From Eledone cirrhosa (taxonomy: Eukaryota), in contig OZ024742.1 of assembly GCA_964016885.1 (NCBI GenBank), forward strand, positions 25,420,001 to 25,484,000: a stretch of DNA of 64,000 nucleotides. The letters are read 5' to 3'. The translations under genes were made by a program, and so were the position numbers. This document shows, in pieces, positions 13,609 to 24,701 of the stretch (its first letter is position 1; each line of letters starts with the position of its first letter). The notes under the pieces are model-generated. The model was not told the origin of the DNA, did not search any database, and worked only from the letters and a program-made list of their open reading frames with translations.

Positions 13609-14793
13609 ATAATAATAAATTTGAAGACTAAAATCCAAAGAGGGCTCGATAAGGATAAATATATATCAGATATATAAGAACCATAGAGCAAATATTTATT
13701 AAAATAACAGATTAAAGTTTAAGTAAAGAATCGCTGCTTTCACCCTTAACGGAATCTTCTGAAACTAAAAAAGTCAATCTGTGAACGCAGAAGTAAATAT
13801 TTCAAAAATGTTGCAACCGAAGGAAGACAGGAAGACGATACTTTGGTTCGTTGAAACGTTCCCTCACAAAGAACGAAAAAAGTTAAGTATATGTTATGTT
13901 TATACCATTACTTATTTGTATAAGTAAGTGTATATTACCTGTATGTTTTGTGAAGGTACGTATACTTTCTCGTACGTATATTTGCTTGTATATGTTATGG
14001 CATATATTTTATAAATACTGGTACATGTGCATTGTTATGTGTATACGTGAGTTTTGCGTCTGTGTGAGTATGCGGGTTCGTACGTATGTGTGCATATGTG
14101 TACTTTGTGTTTTGGTTGACGTCGTCCGCGAACATATGTGTTTTTACATGTAGGTATGTGTGTGCGCGCATTATAGTTATTTACGTATTTATGTGTGTAT
14201 ATTTATTTATATTATGTTACACAAAAATATATATATATTTTTATATATATTTTTATGTGTATTTGGTGTATACGTTGGTATGTGTGCGGGTACAGGCGTT
14301 GCGTGGGTTCTGTATGTGCGTGCGTGTTTTTTTTTTGTTTTTTTTTTGTGTACGTGCTCGTATTTGCTTACCCATGGCGAGTGTTTTGCGTATGCTTGTG
14401 TACGTATGTATATGGATGCGTGTATGTATATATTTATTTTCAATTACCTCTGTATTTTATTTACTTTATTCTTAACTCTGAAGCCGAGAATCACTCGGTT
14501 ACCTAAATAGAATTTTAGTCTACGACTTCAGTTATACCATAAACGTGGTTCTGTCTTTCCGTGTAATTGTTCCCCACCGCACCACATATGACGTATTATC
14601 TTCGTTTTTTTTCGTTCTTTACCATAGAACGATTCAACGAACCAAAGTATCGTCTTCCTGTCTTCCTTCGGTTGCAACGTTTTTTGAAATATTTACTTCT
14701 GCGTTCACAGATTGACTTTTTTAGTTTCAGAAGATCCCGTTAAGGGTGAAAGCAGCGATTCTTTGCTTAAACTTTCATCTGTTATTTTAATAA
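13605..14793. mobile_element. ORF-less element with ~160 bp inverted repeats carrying a U4A HHR (family B)
   Basis: 13695-13860 is the reverse complement of 14630-14793. Starts at a (TA)n tract. Fragments at 18467-18781, 38087-38253 and 45520-45601. Confidence 0.8.
14723..14773 (+). ncRNA. Type I hammerhead ribozyme, U4A core variant
   Basis: agttt-CAGAAGA-t ccc gttaa ggg t-GAAA-gca..tgc-TT-aaact. Stem I extends via cagattga, pairing with ttaatctg in the other copies (ttcatctg here). Confidence 0.65.
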
Positions 14794-14848
14794 ATATAAG
14801 TATGTATGTATACGTACATACATATATGTATACAGACGTACAGTAGCA

Positions 14849-14949
<101 letters not shown>

Positions 14950-15103
14950 TTACAGGTACACATACATATATGCACGTATCAGTTTAGCGGACGCTTATTA
15001 TAACGCCGCTTTGTTCGTTTGTGAACAAACTGAACAGCCTGAATTTATGCCGTACGGTGTTAAGGCAACCACGTCACCTTTTTTGTAAACACTGACACAG
15101 GAA

Positions 15104-15144
15104 CGATGTACTAGTTTCAAGCTTGTTAGCTATCATCAGCACCG
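15104..15144 (-). ncRNA. Minimal type I hammerhead ribozyme
   Basis: cggtg-CTGATGA-t agc taacaa gct t-GAAA-ctag-TA-catcg on the minus strand. Confidence 0.9.
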
Positions 15145-15355
15145 TATACCCTTCTGCCAGATAGTTGAACGTTCGAAAGTATATACTTTCCTTATGAAAT
15201 TAACGGCTAAGCAGCCTAATTTGCATATCGAGTGAGTTAAGACGGTCAGGCATACCGAAAACGATAAGTTGATATAAAATGAAAACGAAATTTCATTTCT
15301 CACTCTTAGTACGGCACTTACTAAACTGATACGTGCATATATGTATGTGTACCTG

Positions 15356-15401
<46 letters not shown>

Positions 15402-15638
15402 TGTTACTGTACGTCTGTATACATATATGTATGTACGTATACATACATAGTTACATTTAAGTAAGTGCCGTACTAAGAGTGAGAAATGAAATTTCGTTTT
15501 CATTTTATTTCAACTTATCGTTTTCGGTATGCCTGACCGTCTTAACTCACTTGATATGCAAATTAGGCTGCTCAGCCGTTAATTTTCATAAGGAAAGTAT
15601 ATACTTTCGAACGTTCAACTATCTGGCAGAAGGGTATA

Positions 15639-15679
15639 CGGTGCTGATAATAGCTAACAAGCTTGAAACTAGTACATCG
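15639..15679 (+). ncRNA. Minimal HHR copy with G8A lesion (CTGATAA)
   Basis: Identical to 16124-16164 except at core position 8. Confidence 0.75.
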
Positions 15680-15830
15680 TTCCTGTGTCAGTGTTGAACA
15701 AAAAGGTGACGTGGTTGCCTTAACACCGTACGGCATAAATTCAGGCTGTTCAGTTTGTTTACAAACGAACAAAGCGGCGTTATAATAAGCGTCCGCTAAA
15801 CTGATACGTGCATATATGTATGTGTACCGG

Positions 15831-15886
<56 letters not shown>

Positions 15887-16123
15887 TGCTACTGTACGTC
15901 TGTATACATATATGTATGTACGTATACATACATACTTACATTTAAGTAAGTGCCGTACTAAGAGTGAGAAATGAAATTTCGTTTTCATTTTATTTCAACT
16001 TATCGTTTTCGGTATGCCTGACCGTCTTAACTCACTCGATATGCAAATTAGGCTGCTCAGCCGTTAATTTTCATAAGGAAAGTATATACTTTCGAACGTT
16101 CAACTATCGGGAAGAAGGGTATA

Positions 16124-16164
16124 CGGTGCTGATGATAGCTAACAAGCTTGAAACTAGTACATCG
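16124..16164 (+). ncRNA. Minimal type I hammerhead ribozyme
   Basis: cggtg-CTGATGA-tagctaacaagctt-GAAA-ctag-TA-catcg. Confidence 0.9.
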
Positions 16165-16413
16165 TTCCTGTGTCAGTGTTGAACAAAAAGGTGACGTGGT
16201 TGCCTTAACACCGTACGGCATAAATTCAGGCTGTTCAGTTTGTTTACAAACGAACAAAGCGGCGTTATAATAAGCGTCCGCTAAACTGATACGTGCATAT
16301 ATGTATGTGTACCTGTATGTATATATATGTACGTATACATACATACTTATATTTAAGTAAGTGCCGTACTAAGAGTGAGAAATGAAATTTCATTTTCATT
16401 TTATTTCAACTTA

Positions 16414-16453
<40 letters not shown>

Positions 16454-16518
16454 TGACTGTCTTTTTTCGGATCTAGCTGTCGAAATGATCGGAGCCCAGC
16501 CGTCGGGGTTCTGACTCT

Positions 16519-16564
<46 letters not shown>

Positions 16565-16624
16565 GTATATTTTATTATACATAAATAGTGTATTAGTGGG
16601 TTAGTGAATATTGTAGCACTGTTA

Positions 16625-16990
16625 TATCACCCCAGTGTGTTACTGGTACTTTATTTTATCGACACCAGAAAGGATGTAAATCAAAGCTAACCTCGGTGGG
16701 ATTTGAACTCGGAACTTAAGAAGATGTATTTGTATGCCACGAATCATGTTGTCCAACGCTGTATCGATTCTGCCAATCCACCACCCTAACTTCTGATATA
16801 ACAATGGAAGGGAATTGACCTATTGTTTTATTAAATCGCCCCCAGTGTGTTACTGGGACTTTATTTCATCGGCATCGTTAGGATGTAAGGCAAAGCTAAC
16901 CTCGGTAGGATTTGAACTCAGAATATAAAAATACGTAGCTTTATGCCATGAAGCATTTTGTCCGACGCTCTACCGATATTTCCAATCCAT
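16625..16990 (-). mobile_element. Two tandem SINE copies (Meta/MESC-like)
   Basis: Same consensus as 10843-11029. Confidence 0.8.
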
Positions 16991-17504
16991 AATCATTTCC
17001 AATACTACCCATCCACATGTCATTTCTAATATAGTAAAATATTTCTCCCATCTAATACAGAAAGAAGTAGTCCCCCAATTCACTGCATTATCACCATTCA
17101 TCAGGATGTTATGGGTGCTTGTACGGGTTAGATGTGTTGTTGTCACAATCCAGTGCTAGACAACCATATCAGAGTTGGTTTGTATAGATGTGTGCCCTTG
17201 CTAATGTCGCCCACTTCATGGCATGTACCAAGTTTTTATTTTGTGGTACCACCATTATCACATGACAAGGTGGACCGGGTGCATTTTATTGTAGCCTCAG
17301 CATTAACATTTTACAGAGTGCACTGGCTTTATTTTGTTCTGGCACCAGTACTTCCTCTTTCTAGTGTGAGCCGAGTGCATTTTATTTTCGTGTATATATA
17401 TATATAATTGGTGTGGGATGCTTAAAGCGTCCGTAACCGGTAGGCCGTTTGAGCACACGATGCTCTTACAGAGCAGGGTATGATATCACATAAGAAACGG
17501 AGAA

Positions 17505-17806
17505 TCAGTGGTGTGACGAATACAATTTATTAAGGATATTACAATCGTTTCTTTGGCGACCAGCTCGAGGCTTGATCGATGTAATGATCGAACCTGACTC
17601 TAAAATCGCAAGATCCTCAGATACGTCTCGATTCTACGAAGCAGAGTTTCTAAATACATGGACACACTGCTTCGTAGAATCGAAACGTAACTGAGGACCT
17701 TGCGATTTCAGAGTCAGGTTCGAGCATTACATCGATCGTGCCTCGAGCTGGTCGCCAGAGAAACGATTGTAATATGTCTAATAAATTGTATTCGTCGCAA
17801 CACTGT
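17505..17806. mobile_element. Fold-back element with two HHRs (family C): 17535-17627 minus, 17684-17778 plus
   Basis: ~140 bp inverted arms. Consensus gacgtat-CTGAGGA-tcttgcga...tcgccaga-GAAA-cgattg-TA-atatgtc. Confidence 0.8.
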
Positions 17807-17851
17807 TTCTTATGTCATATATATATATATTTATATATATATGTATGTATT

Positions 17852-17920
<69 letters not shown>

Positions 17921-17999
17921 ATATTTATATATGTGTGGTTATGTATGTGTGTATATATATGTGTGTGTGTGTGTGCATCTCTCTCTCTATACATATATG

Positions 18000-18056
<57 letters not shown>

Positions 18057-18430
18057 GTCTGAAAATATCGGCCGTCGTAAAGAAAACAAAACAAAGTGTT
18101 TAATTATCTTTTCTTTGACATATCGTATCTGAAATCATATCTGTGATAGATCTTCTATTGTCGCTTTTGTCAGTTACACAATATACATAATATTGCTGAT
18201 TTTTTATTATTGAATCCATGCTAATATCTCCTGCAACATGTGATATTGGAGTATATCACTCAAAATCCACTCTCTTACAACTTTCCTTAATGCTAATAAT
18301 CTACTTATTTTACATTGCCAGCTAAGGTATACCAATATGTAATTCATATCTCTCTCTTTGTCTCTCTCTCTCTCTATCAAAGAACAACAAGCGATTGCTT
18401 GATGTAGTGTATCTCTATACAGGCACATAC

Positions 18431-18461
<31 letters not shown>

Positions 18462-18466
18462 AATAT

Positions 18467-18781
18467 ATAGTAATAATAATAAATTTGAAGACTAAAAACC
18501 AAAGAGGGCTCGATAAGGATAAATATATATCAGATATATAAGAACCGTAGAGCAAATATTTATTAAAATAACAGATTAAAGTTTAAGCAAAGAATCGCTG
18601 CTTTCACCCTTAACGGGAGCTTCACGAACCAAAGTATCGTCTTCCTGTCTTCCTTCGGTTGCAACGTTTTTTGAAATATTTACTTCTGCGTTCACAGATT
18701 GACTTTTTTAGTTTCAGAAGATCCCGTTAAGGGTGAAAGCAGCGATTCTTTGCTCAAACTTTAATCTGTTGTTTTAATAAA
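18467..18781. mobile_element. Family B fold-back fragment with HHR at 18710-18760
   Basis: agttt-CAGAAGA-tcccgttaagggt-GAAA-gcagcgattctttgc-TC-aaact, flanked by (TA)n on both sides. Confidence 0.8.
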
Positions 18782-18799
18782 TATATATATATATATATA

Positions 18800-20140
18800 C
18801 AAAGAACGGAGATCTCTCTAACACCAACAACTACAGGGGGATCTCACTAACGTCACTTGTGACAAAGACCCTCAACAGGATGATTCTTAATAGGATCCAG
18901 CCTGAGATGGAGAAGAAGCTCAGGGACAACCAGAACGGCTTCAGAGAGGGAAGATCAACCCCCATTCACATCCTGATGCTGAGGAGGATATTAGAGGGAG
19001 CTAGAGCAAAGTGCCTTCCTGCGGCCATGGTTTTCATTGACTTTAGGAAGGCCTTTGATTCTGTGGACCGTCACTGCCTGATGAAGATCTTACAGGCTTA
19101 TGGAATCCCCAAGAAGATAGTGGACCTGATATCACTGCTCTACACCAACACCAAAGCCCAAGTCATTACACCTGATGGGATGACAGTTCTTTGAGATACT
19201 GGCTGGAGTGCTCAAGGGAGATGCATTGGCTCCCTGCCTTTTTATCATCGTAGTGGACTATTGTATGCGCTTTGCACTGGAGAAATACCAGGACTCAGGC
19301 TTTACTGTAGCAGGAGACTTAAGGCGAAAAAGCAGGAGAGTTAAGGCGAAAAAGGTATCAGATGCAGAATTTGCTGACGACGTAGTTTTAATGACAAATA
19401 CAGTGAAGGAGACAGAAGATTTGATGCAGGAGGATGAGACTGTGTCGATCAGTGTGCGGCTGAGAATGAATTAGACTAAAAGAAAATATCTGGTAGAGAA
19501 TGTTGAGAAGCAAGAGGGGATCACTCATGTAGGCGGGAAGCCGTTAGAATTGGTTGAGGACTTCCTGTATTTGGGAGCAAAGATTGGAAATACGGAAGAT
19601 GATGTGGTTGAGAGGAAGAGCAAAGCCTGGGCGGCGTGCCGCAGCTTGAGATCGGTGTGGAAGTCTCGGACCTTCGTAAAGACCTGAAAATCCGCCTCTT
19701 CATTGCTGTAGTGGATTCTGTGCTGCTGTACGGGTCTGAGACTTGGACACTGACCAAGAAACTCACTCAGATGGTGGATGGGTGCTACACGAGAATGCTG
19801 AAGATGGCTCTGAACATTAATCAGTATACACTGAGGATGAAAAACTCAGAGCTGTATGGGAGACTCCCAAAAGTCTGCTCAAAAGTGACACAGAGGAGAC
19901 TGAGGTTAGCTGGACATGCTCACCGACATCCAGAGTTGACATTGCACTCAGTGCTCCTGTGGGAGTCCCTAAATGGACACACTGGAAGAGGAAGACCAAG
20001 GTTAACGTATGTTGATGCGCTAAGGACAGACACTGGTCTGTTGGAGACGCAGGACATGGCAGCGATAATGAGGGACAGAGACCGCTGGAGAGAAATCGTC
20101 CATGGATCTCGGGAATTTTACCCGCCCTAGAATAGAATAT
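18800..20140 (+). pseudogene. Decayed non-LTR RT (RTE/RTEX-like LINE), 5'-truncated
   Basis: NYRGISL, QNGFR, FIDFRKAFDS, FADD, LLYGSETW, RRLRLAGH, GRPRLTY across frameshifted ORFs. Ends tagaatagaat and is inserted next to (TA)n. Confidence 0.9.
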
Positions 20141-20352
20141 ATATATAAAATAGGGCATAAGTATCCTAGGAGAGGAGGAAGCAGAAAGGTACAAAGAGGT
20201 GCGATACAGATTACTAAATGCCAATAGCCGTAACGTGGTGTGCTCAATGCTTGGGTTAGCAGAGTTAAATATTAAAGGAGATTTAATATTTAGCGTATAG
20301 TTCAAGCAGAGCGGGAATAAGCAAATTTACTTACATTTATATATATATATAT

Positions 20353-20429
<77 letters not shown>

Positions 20430-20567
20430 AAAAGTATAATTTTCTACACAAAACGAAGGTTATAGAGAAAATTGAGGTTGGTAATGGCACATGGAATATA
20501 TAAGAGACAGAATACTTTTTTGTGAAAAAACATAATTTTATAAGGTAAGGAAATAATAAAGGGTATA

Positions 20568-20616
20568 AAAAATGACCGGTTTCGATGGGTCTGCAAAAGC
20601 CATCTTTTCAAATGTT
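20568..20616 (-). ncRNA. Minimal HHR, U3-A8 core variant (family E)
   Basis: aacat-TTGAAAA-gatgg cttttgcagac ccatc-GAAA-ccgg-TC-atttt. Confidence 0.65.
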
Positions 20617-20696
20617 GATTAATATTAAGAAAAATTAATATATATATATATATATAAGGTTTGGTGCTCTGAAATAACGATGTATACGGTAAAGGC

Positions 20697-20757
20697 GGAG
20701 AGTACGATGCTCTGAGGATCGCCAACATCCTGAAACAGAATCTGTCAGCATCTCTCC
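20697..20757 (+). ncRNA. Type I HHR (family D)
   Basis: ggaga gtac gatgct-CTGAGGA-tcgccaacatcct-GAAA-cag aat ctg-TC-agcatc tctcc. Stem II is weak. Confidence 0.7.
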
Positions 20758-20872
20758 CTTCTTTCGCCGAAAAAAGAAGTGACATAGTCACTATTTAAAA
20801 AATGATAGCGCAAGGTCTTCAAAATGTTTTAAATTAAACATACGGTATATTGCCAAATATACTATACATACA

Positions 20873-20937
<65 letters not shown>

Positions 20938-20943
<6 letters not shown>

Positions 20944-21098
20944 TTATATACAAAACACAGTAGAAAGGCAAAATAATTTTTCCTGTAGAAAATGTTGATG
21001 AGATATTTTTGGTGAAATTTCACCAAAAATATCTCTTCAACATTTTCTACAGAAAAAAATATTTTTAGTTTCTACTGTGTTTTGTATATAAATGTGTA
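20938..21098. repeat. ~160 bp near-perfect palindrome centred at about 21018
   Basis: ...gatatttttggtgaaa|tttcaccaaaaatatc... with arms extending to cacatttatataca / tgtatataaatgtg. Confidence 0.9.
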
Positions 21099-21099
21099 T

Positions 21100-21345
21100 A
21101 AGGCAATGCCCCAGCATGGCCACAGTCTAATGTGTGACAGCCATCAAGGCAGTGCCCCAGTACGGCCACAGTCTAATGACTGACTCCCATCAAGGCCGTG
21201 CCCAGCATGGCCCCAGTCTAGTGTGTGACACCCATCAAGGCCGTGCCCCATCATGGCCACAGTCTAGTGTCTGACAGCCATCAAGGCAATGCCCCAGCAT
21301 GGCCACAGTTTAATGCGTGACAGACATCAAGGCAGTGCCCCAGCA
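21100..21345 (+). repeat. 44-bp tandem repeat (~5.5 units) derived from a dispersed repeat tail
   Basis: aaggcaatgccccagcatggccacagtctaatgtgtgacagccatc units. The same motif is single-copy at 24610-24660 and 35960-36008. Confidence 0.85.
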
Positions 21346-21385
21346 TTCCCACATATACATCAACTCGTGTGTTACTTTTCTACAT

Positions 21386-21469
<84 letters not shown>

Positions 21470-21471
<2 letters not shown>

Positions 21472-21915
21472 GTGTAATGAGTTCAAATCTCAAGCATTCC
21501 TTTACAATGAAAATAGCTCAAAGAAAAGAATATTTCTGAGCCGTGTAATAAATATAAATCAATATATATGATGAAACACAGATACCAACATATCTTTGTT
21601 TATATTGCAAAAGGAATTAAGTTAGCTAGAATGAAATATACTAATTATAATATTACAGCCTGCCTACATCGATTTAAAATAATAAATCAACACAAACAAA
21701 CAGTATTGGCAAATGGCCATGGTGTTTAGACAAATTTAAATTTCAAAATCAAACCTGTTCCGTAGATAAGTTTAAACTTTAAAATCCAAATATGTTTCGA
21801 GATAAATAAGTGTAAGGATATCATGTCCCGCACTCTTCAGTAAACACCCAGAACTTAATTCCTTTTGCAATATAAACAAAGATATGTTGGTATCTGTGTT
21901 TCATCATATATATTG

Positions 21916-21922
<7 letters not shown>
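21470..21922. mobile_element. ORF-less element with ~70 bp inverted repeat and an HHR (family F)
   Basis: 21555-21623 is the reverse complement of 21852-21920. (TA)n on both sides. Confidence 0.75.
21721..21848 (-). ncRNA. Type I HHR with long stem III
   Basis: ggtgttta-CTGAAGA-gtg..-GAAA-catatttggattttaaag...ttttgaaatttaaatttg-TC-taaacacc. Confidence 0.75.
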
Positions 21923-21988
<66 letters not shown>

Positions 21989-21992
<4 letters not shown>

Positions 21993-22305
21993 ACATATTT
22001 ACCAATTTAAAGTAAGATTTAATACCCACAAACATAGTTTTAAAAATGCCGCATTAGCTAATACAACATCTCTAGCTGAAATAATTAATAATTATAGAAA
22101 GAGGAATATAGATTATGACCTGACCTGGAGTGTGCTCAAAAGGGCCACCCCTTATCAAAATAATAGATATGGATGTAGATTGTGTTCCCAAGAACTTTTT
22201 GAAATAATGAAATCTAAGGATATCCTATTAAATAAGCGACAGGAATTAATAATATCGTGTAATCATAAACTGAGAAAAACCTTTAAATATTATAAACCTA
22301 ATTAA
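21989..22305 (+). pseudogene. PLE GIY-YIG endonuclease C-terminal fragment
   Basis: CxLC and LNKRxE..S.C.H motifs typical of Naiad-type PLE endonucleases. Confidence 0.8.
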
Positions 22306-22539
22306 TATACATTTTCGAAATTAATATAAAAACATTTTTTAATTTAGTTAACAATAATTAATATTCTACTACTGATGAACTACATAATTTTACTTTCCTT
22401 CTTATAACTATCTTTTCCTAAAATTGATACCATTAAGTAAACATATATAATGTTTTAATTTCAGGTTATGATTCTATGTTCCTTGAAATCTCTATATATT
22501 TATTATTTCTCACTAATAAATTTAACTCCCCCCCACCAA

Positions 22540-22608
<69 letters not shown>

Positions 22609-23337
22609 TTTTTATATTTTTTTAATTTCCCCTCGTCTTTAACAGCACTCTTCAATTACATCTAACTCTTATTTATCATATCTATATGCATTAATATAAT
22701 TTTATCAATATAAATATACCCATCAATTAAATTAATTTATATTCTTTTCATAGATGTAAATTCCATATATATTTTTTTCACTAACACTTTTATCGTAAAA
22801 TTTTAGTCTCCTTAGATATTTACATTGGCATTATTCTTTTATAACAGCAACTTTTCGTGTACCTTTTACTGACCTGACTTATTTTCACTCCTAAAATAAC
22901 CTTTTCATTCTTCATACTCCTTCCATTCAAAACTGAAATCTGCCTTCTTCTACCCCTAAAATAAACTTCCATTACTACTATTTTACCATTTGGCCAATTA
23001 TTACCTTTCTATTGGTCAATTCAAAACCTGTTCCCAAACAGACCTACTATATTAAATCTTTGTTGGTTTTATTCAATGAACAAATATCATTATTTCTGAG
23101 GTCAGCATATGAACTATTTTCATCCCTAAAATAATCTTTCATTCATAATATTCTTTCCATCCAAAACTGAAATCTACCTTTCTCTACCCATAAATTAAGG
23201 TTCTTTTACTACTATTTTACCATCTTGACCATCACTATCTTTCTATTGGTCAATTCAAAACCTGTTCCCAAACAGACCTATTGTATTAAATCTTTGTTGT
23301 TTTTTTTCAATAAACAAATATCATTATTTCTGAAGAC

Positions 23338-23510
23338 AGCAATTACCCAGTGCATTACTGGTACTTTATTTTATCGACCCTGTAAGGATGAAAGGCAAAG
23401 TCAATCCCGCCGAGGTTGACTTTGCCTTTCATCCTTACAGGGTCGATAAAATAAAGTACCAGTAATGCACTGGGTAATTGCTGGCCTTGTGCCTAAAGTA
23501 GAAACAATTA
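23338..23510. mobile_element. 5'-truncated SINE with inverted duplication, TSD attatttctgaagacagca
   Basis: 23338-23404 is the reverse complement of 23416-23483. TSD at about 23323-23341 and 23507-23525. Confidence 0.85.
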
Positions 23511-23640
23511 TTTCTGAAGACAGCATATATAGGTGTAGGTATGTATATTCCCTCTGATAGTTTGTAAAATTTTTACATAGATCTATAGGATATGCATACC
23601 AACACTAACATATATATCCTAGAAACGATCGTAAAATGAT
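23507..23640 (+). ncRNA. HHR with ~105 nt domain II (family G)
   Basis: attattt-CTGAAGA-cag...cta-GAAA-cgatcg-TA-aaatgat. Internal pairing ggtatgtatat/atatgcatacc. Confidence 0.75.
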
Positions 23641-23711
23641 GAAGTTTTTAATATAAGGAACTGTTTCTTTGTTTATTCATTATATTATTAATTTATATAT
23701 ATATATATATA

Positions 23712-24601
23712 TATCATAAAACATGTCTATAGAATCACAAGATAAAATATATACTATTTCCACTCCCAATTAGCATAATTAACTATATAAAAAAAAGTCG
23801 AATAGACCAGGCTATACGAATGAGGCTTCTATAAAGGAATCTCCGACAAATAACCAAAACTAGCGCTTCGACAGCGTAATCGCCTAGATATAGTCAACTA
23901 AACAGAATTAGGTTTAAAATAAACTAGGAGAAAATAGAATACATTTAAATACCTCTACCATGGTTTCGTCCGTGTTTTGAGTTTTCCAATAATTATGTAA
24001 TAATTATATAAACTCGAGCGCCGGATTCTTCAGGAAGCTCGCTCATATCTAGACATTAAATTTTCCAAAGCGATCGCGCCAAGAATTCATTTCAAAGTGG
24101 TTAAAAATCGTGACGTAGTCGCGGTCAAGTTGGAAGAGGTGTGGTAGTTGCTTACGACTGGTGGCATTTTTGCTAGAAAGCACAGCACAATACAGCCAAA
24201 TTTATATCTCAACCTAGTGGGAGATTATTACATACAAAAGTTTACATATATATATACATATACATACACATACATATACGTGTTTTGCAACTGGTCACTT
24301 TGTGGCTCAATGAAAAATTAATAAATTAAACAATCAGAGCTATATATCATAAAACATGTCTATAGAATCACAAGATAAAATATATACTATTTCCTCTCCC
24401 AATTAGCATAATTAACTATATAAAAAATCGAATAGACCAGGCTATACGAATGAGGCTTCTATGAAGGAATCTCCGACAAATAACCAAAACTAGCGCTTCG
24501 CGTCGGCTGTAGTGGAATATTTATCGAATATTTCGACAGCGTAATCGCCTAGATACAGTCAACTAAGCAGAATTAGGTTTAAAATAAACTAGGAGAAAAT
24601 A
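23712..24601 (-). mobile_element. ORF-less 633 bp-period partial tandem element (family H)
   Basis: 23713-23936 is repeated at 24346-24601. HHR at 23951-24038. (TA)n at the left flank. Confidence 0.8.
23951..24038 (-). ncRNA. HHR with extended stem II
   Basis: gcttc-CTGAAGA-a tccg..gagttt..aaactc..cgga c-GAAA-ccatgg-TA-gaggt. Confidence 0.75.
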
Positions 24602-24655
24602 TATATTGCAAGGGCGGTGCTCCATCATGGCCTCAGCCGGATGGCTGAAACAGGT

Positions 24656-24701
<46 letters not shown>

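Larger units (their letters stand above)
21989..23697 (+). mobile_element. 5'-truncated Penelope-like element (Naiad-like GIY-YIG C-terminus plus long 3' region)
   Basis: ORF remnant FKVRFNTHKHSF...W.VL...Y...CRLC..E...LLNKRQELIISCNH. ~237 bp internal duplication (22890-23340). HHR near the end. Inserted in (TA)n. Confidence 0.85.

Noticed and set aside
20990-21020. TTGATGA...GAAA at the palindrome centre as an HHR
   Set aside because: No stem II/III or cleavage strand; at most a truncated remnant.
21100-21345. CRISPR-like regular repeats
   Set aside because: No unique spacers, eukaryotic context and no cas genes; it is a tandem minisatellite.
22305-23697. SECIS element in the Naiad-like PLE 3' region (some Naiads encode selenoproteins)
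   Set aside because: No convincing AUGA..AA..GA kink-turn hairpin by eye and no in-frame UGA in the remnant. SECISearch would be needed.
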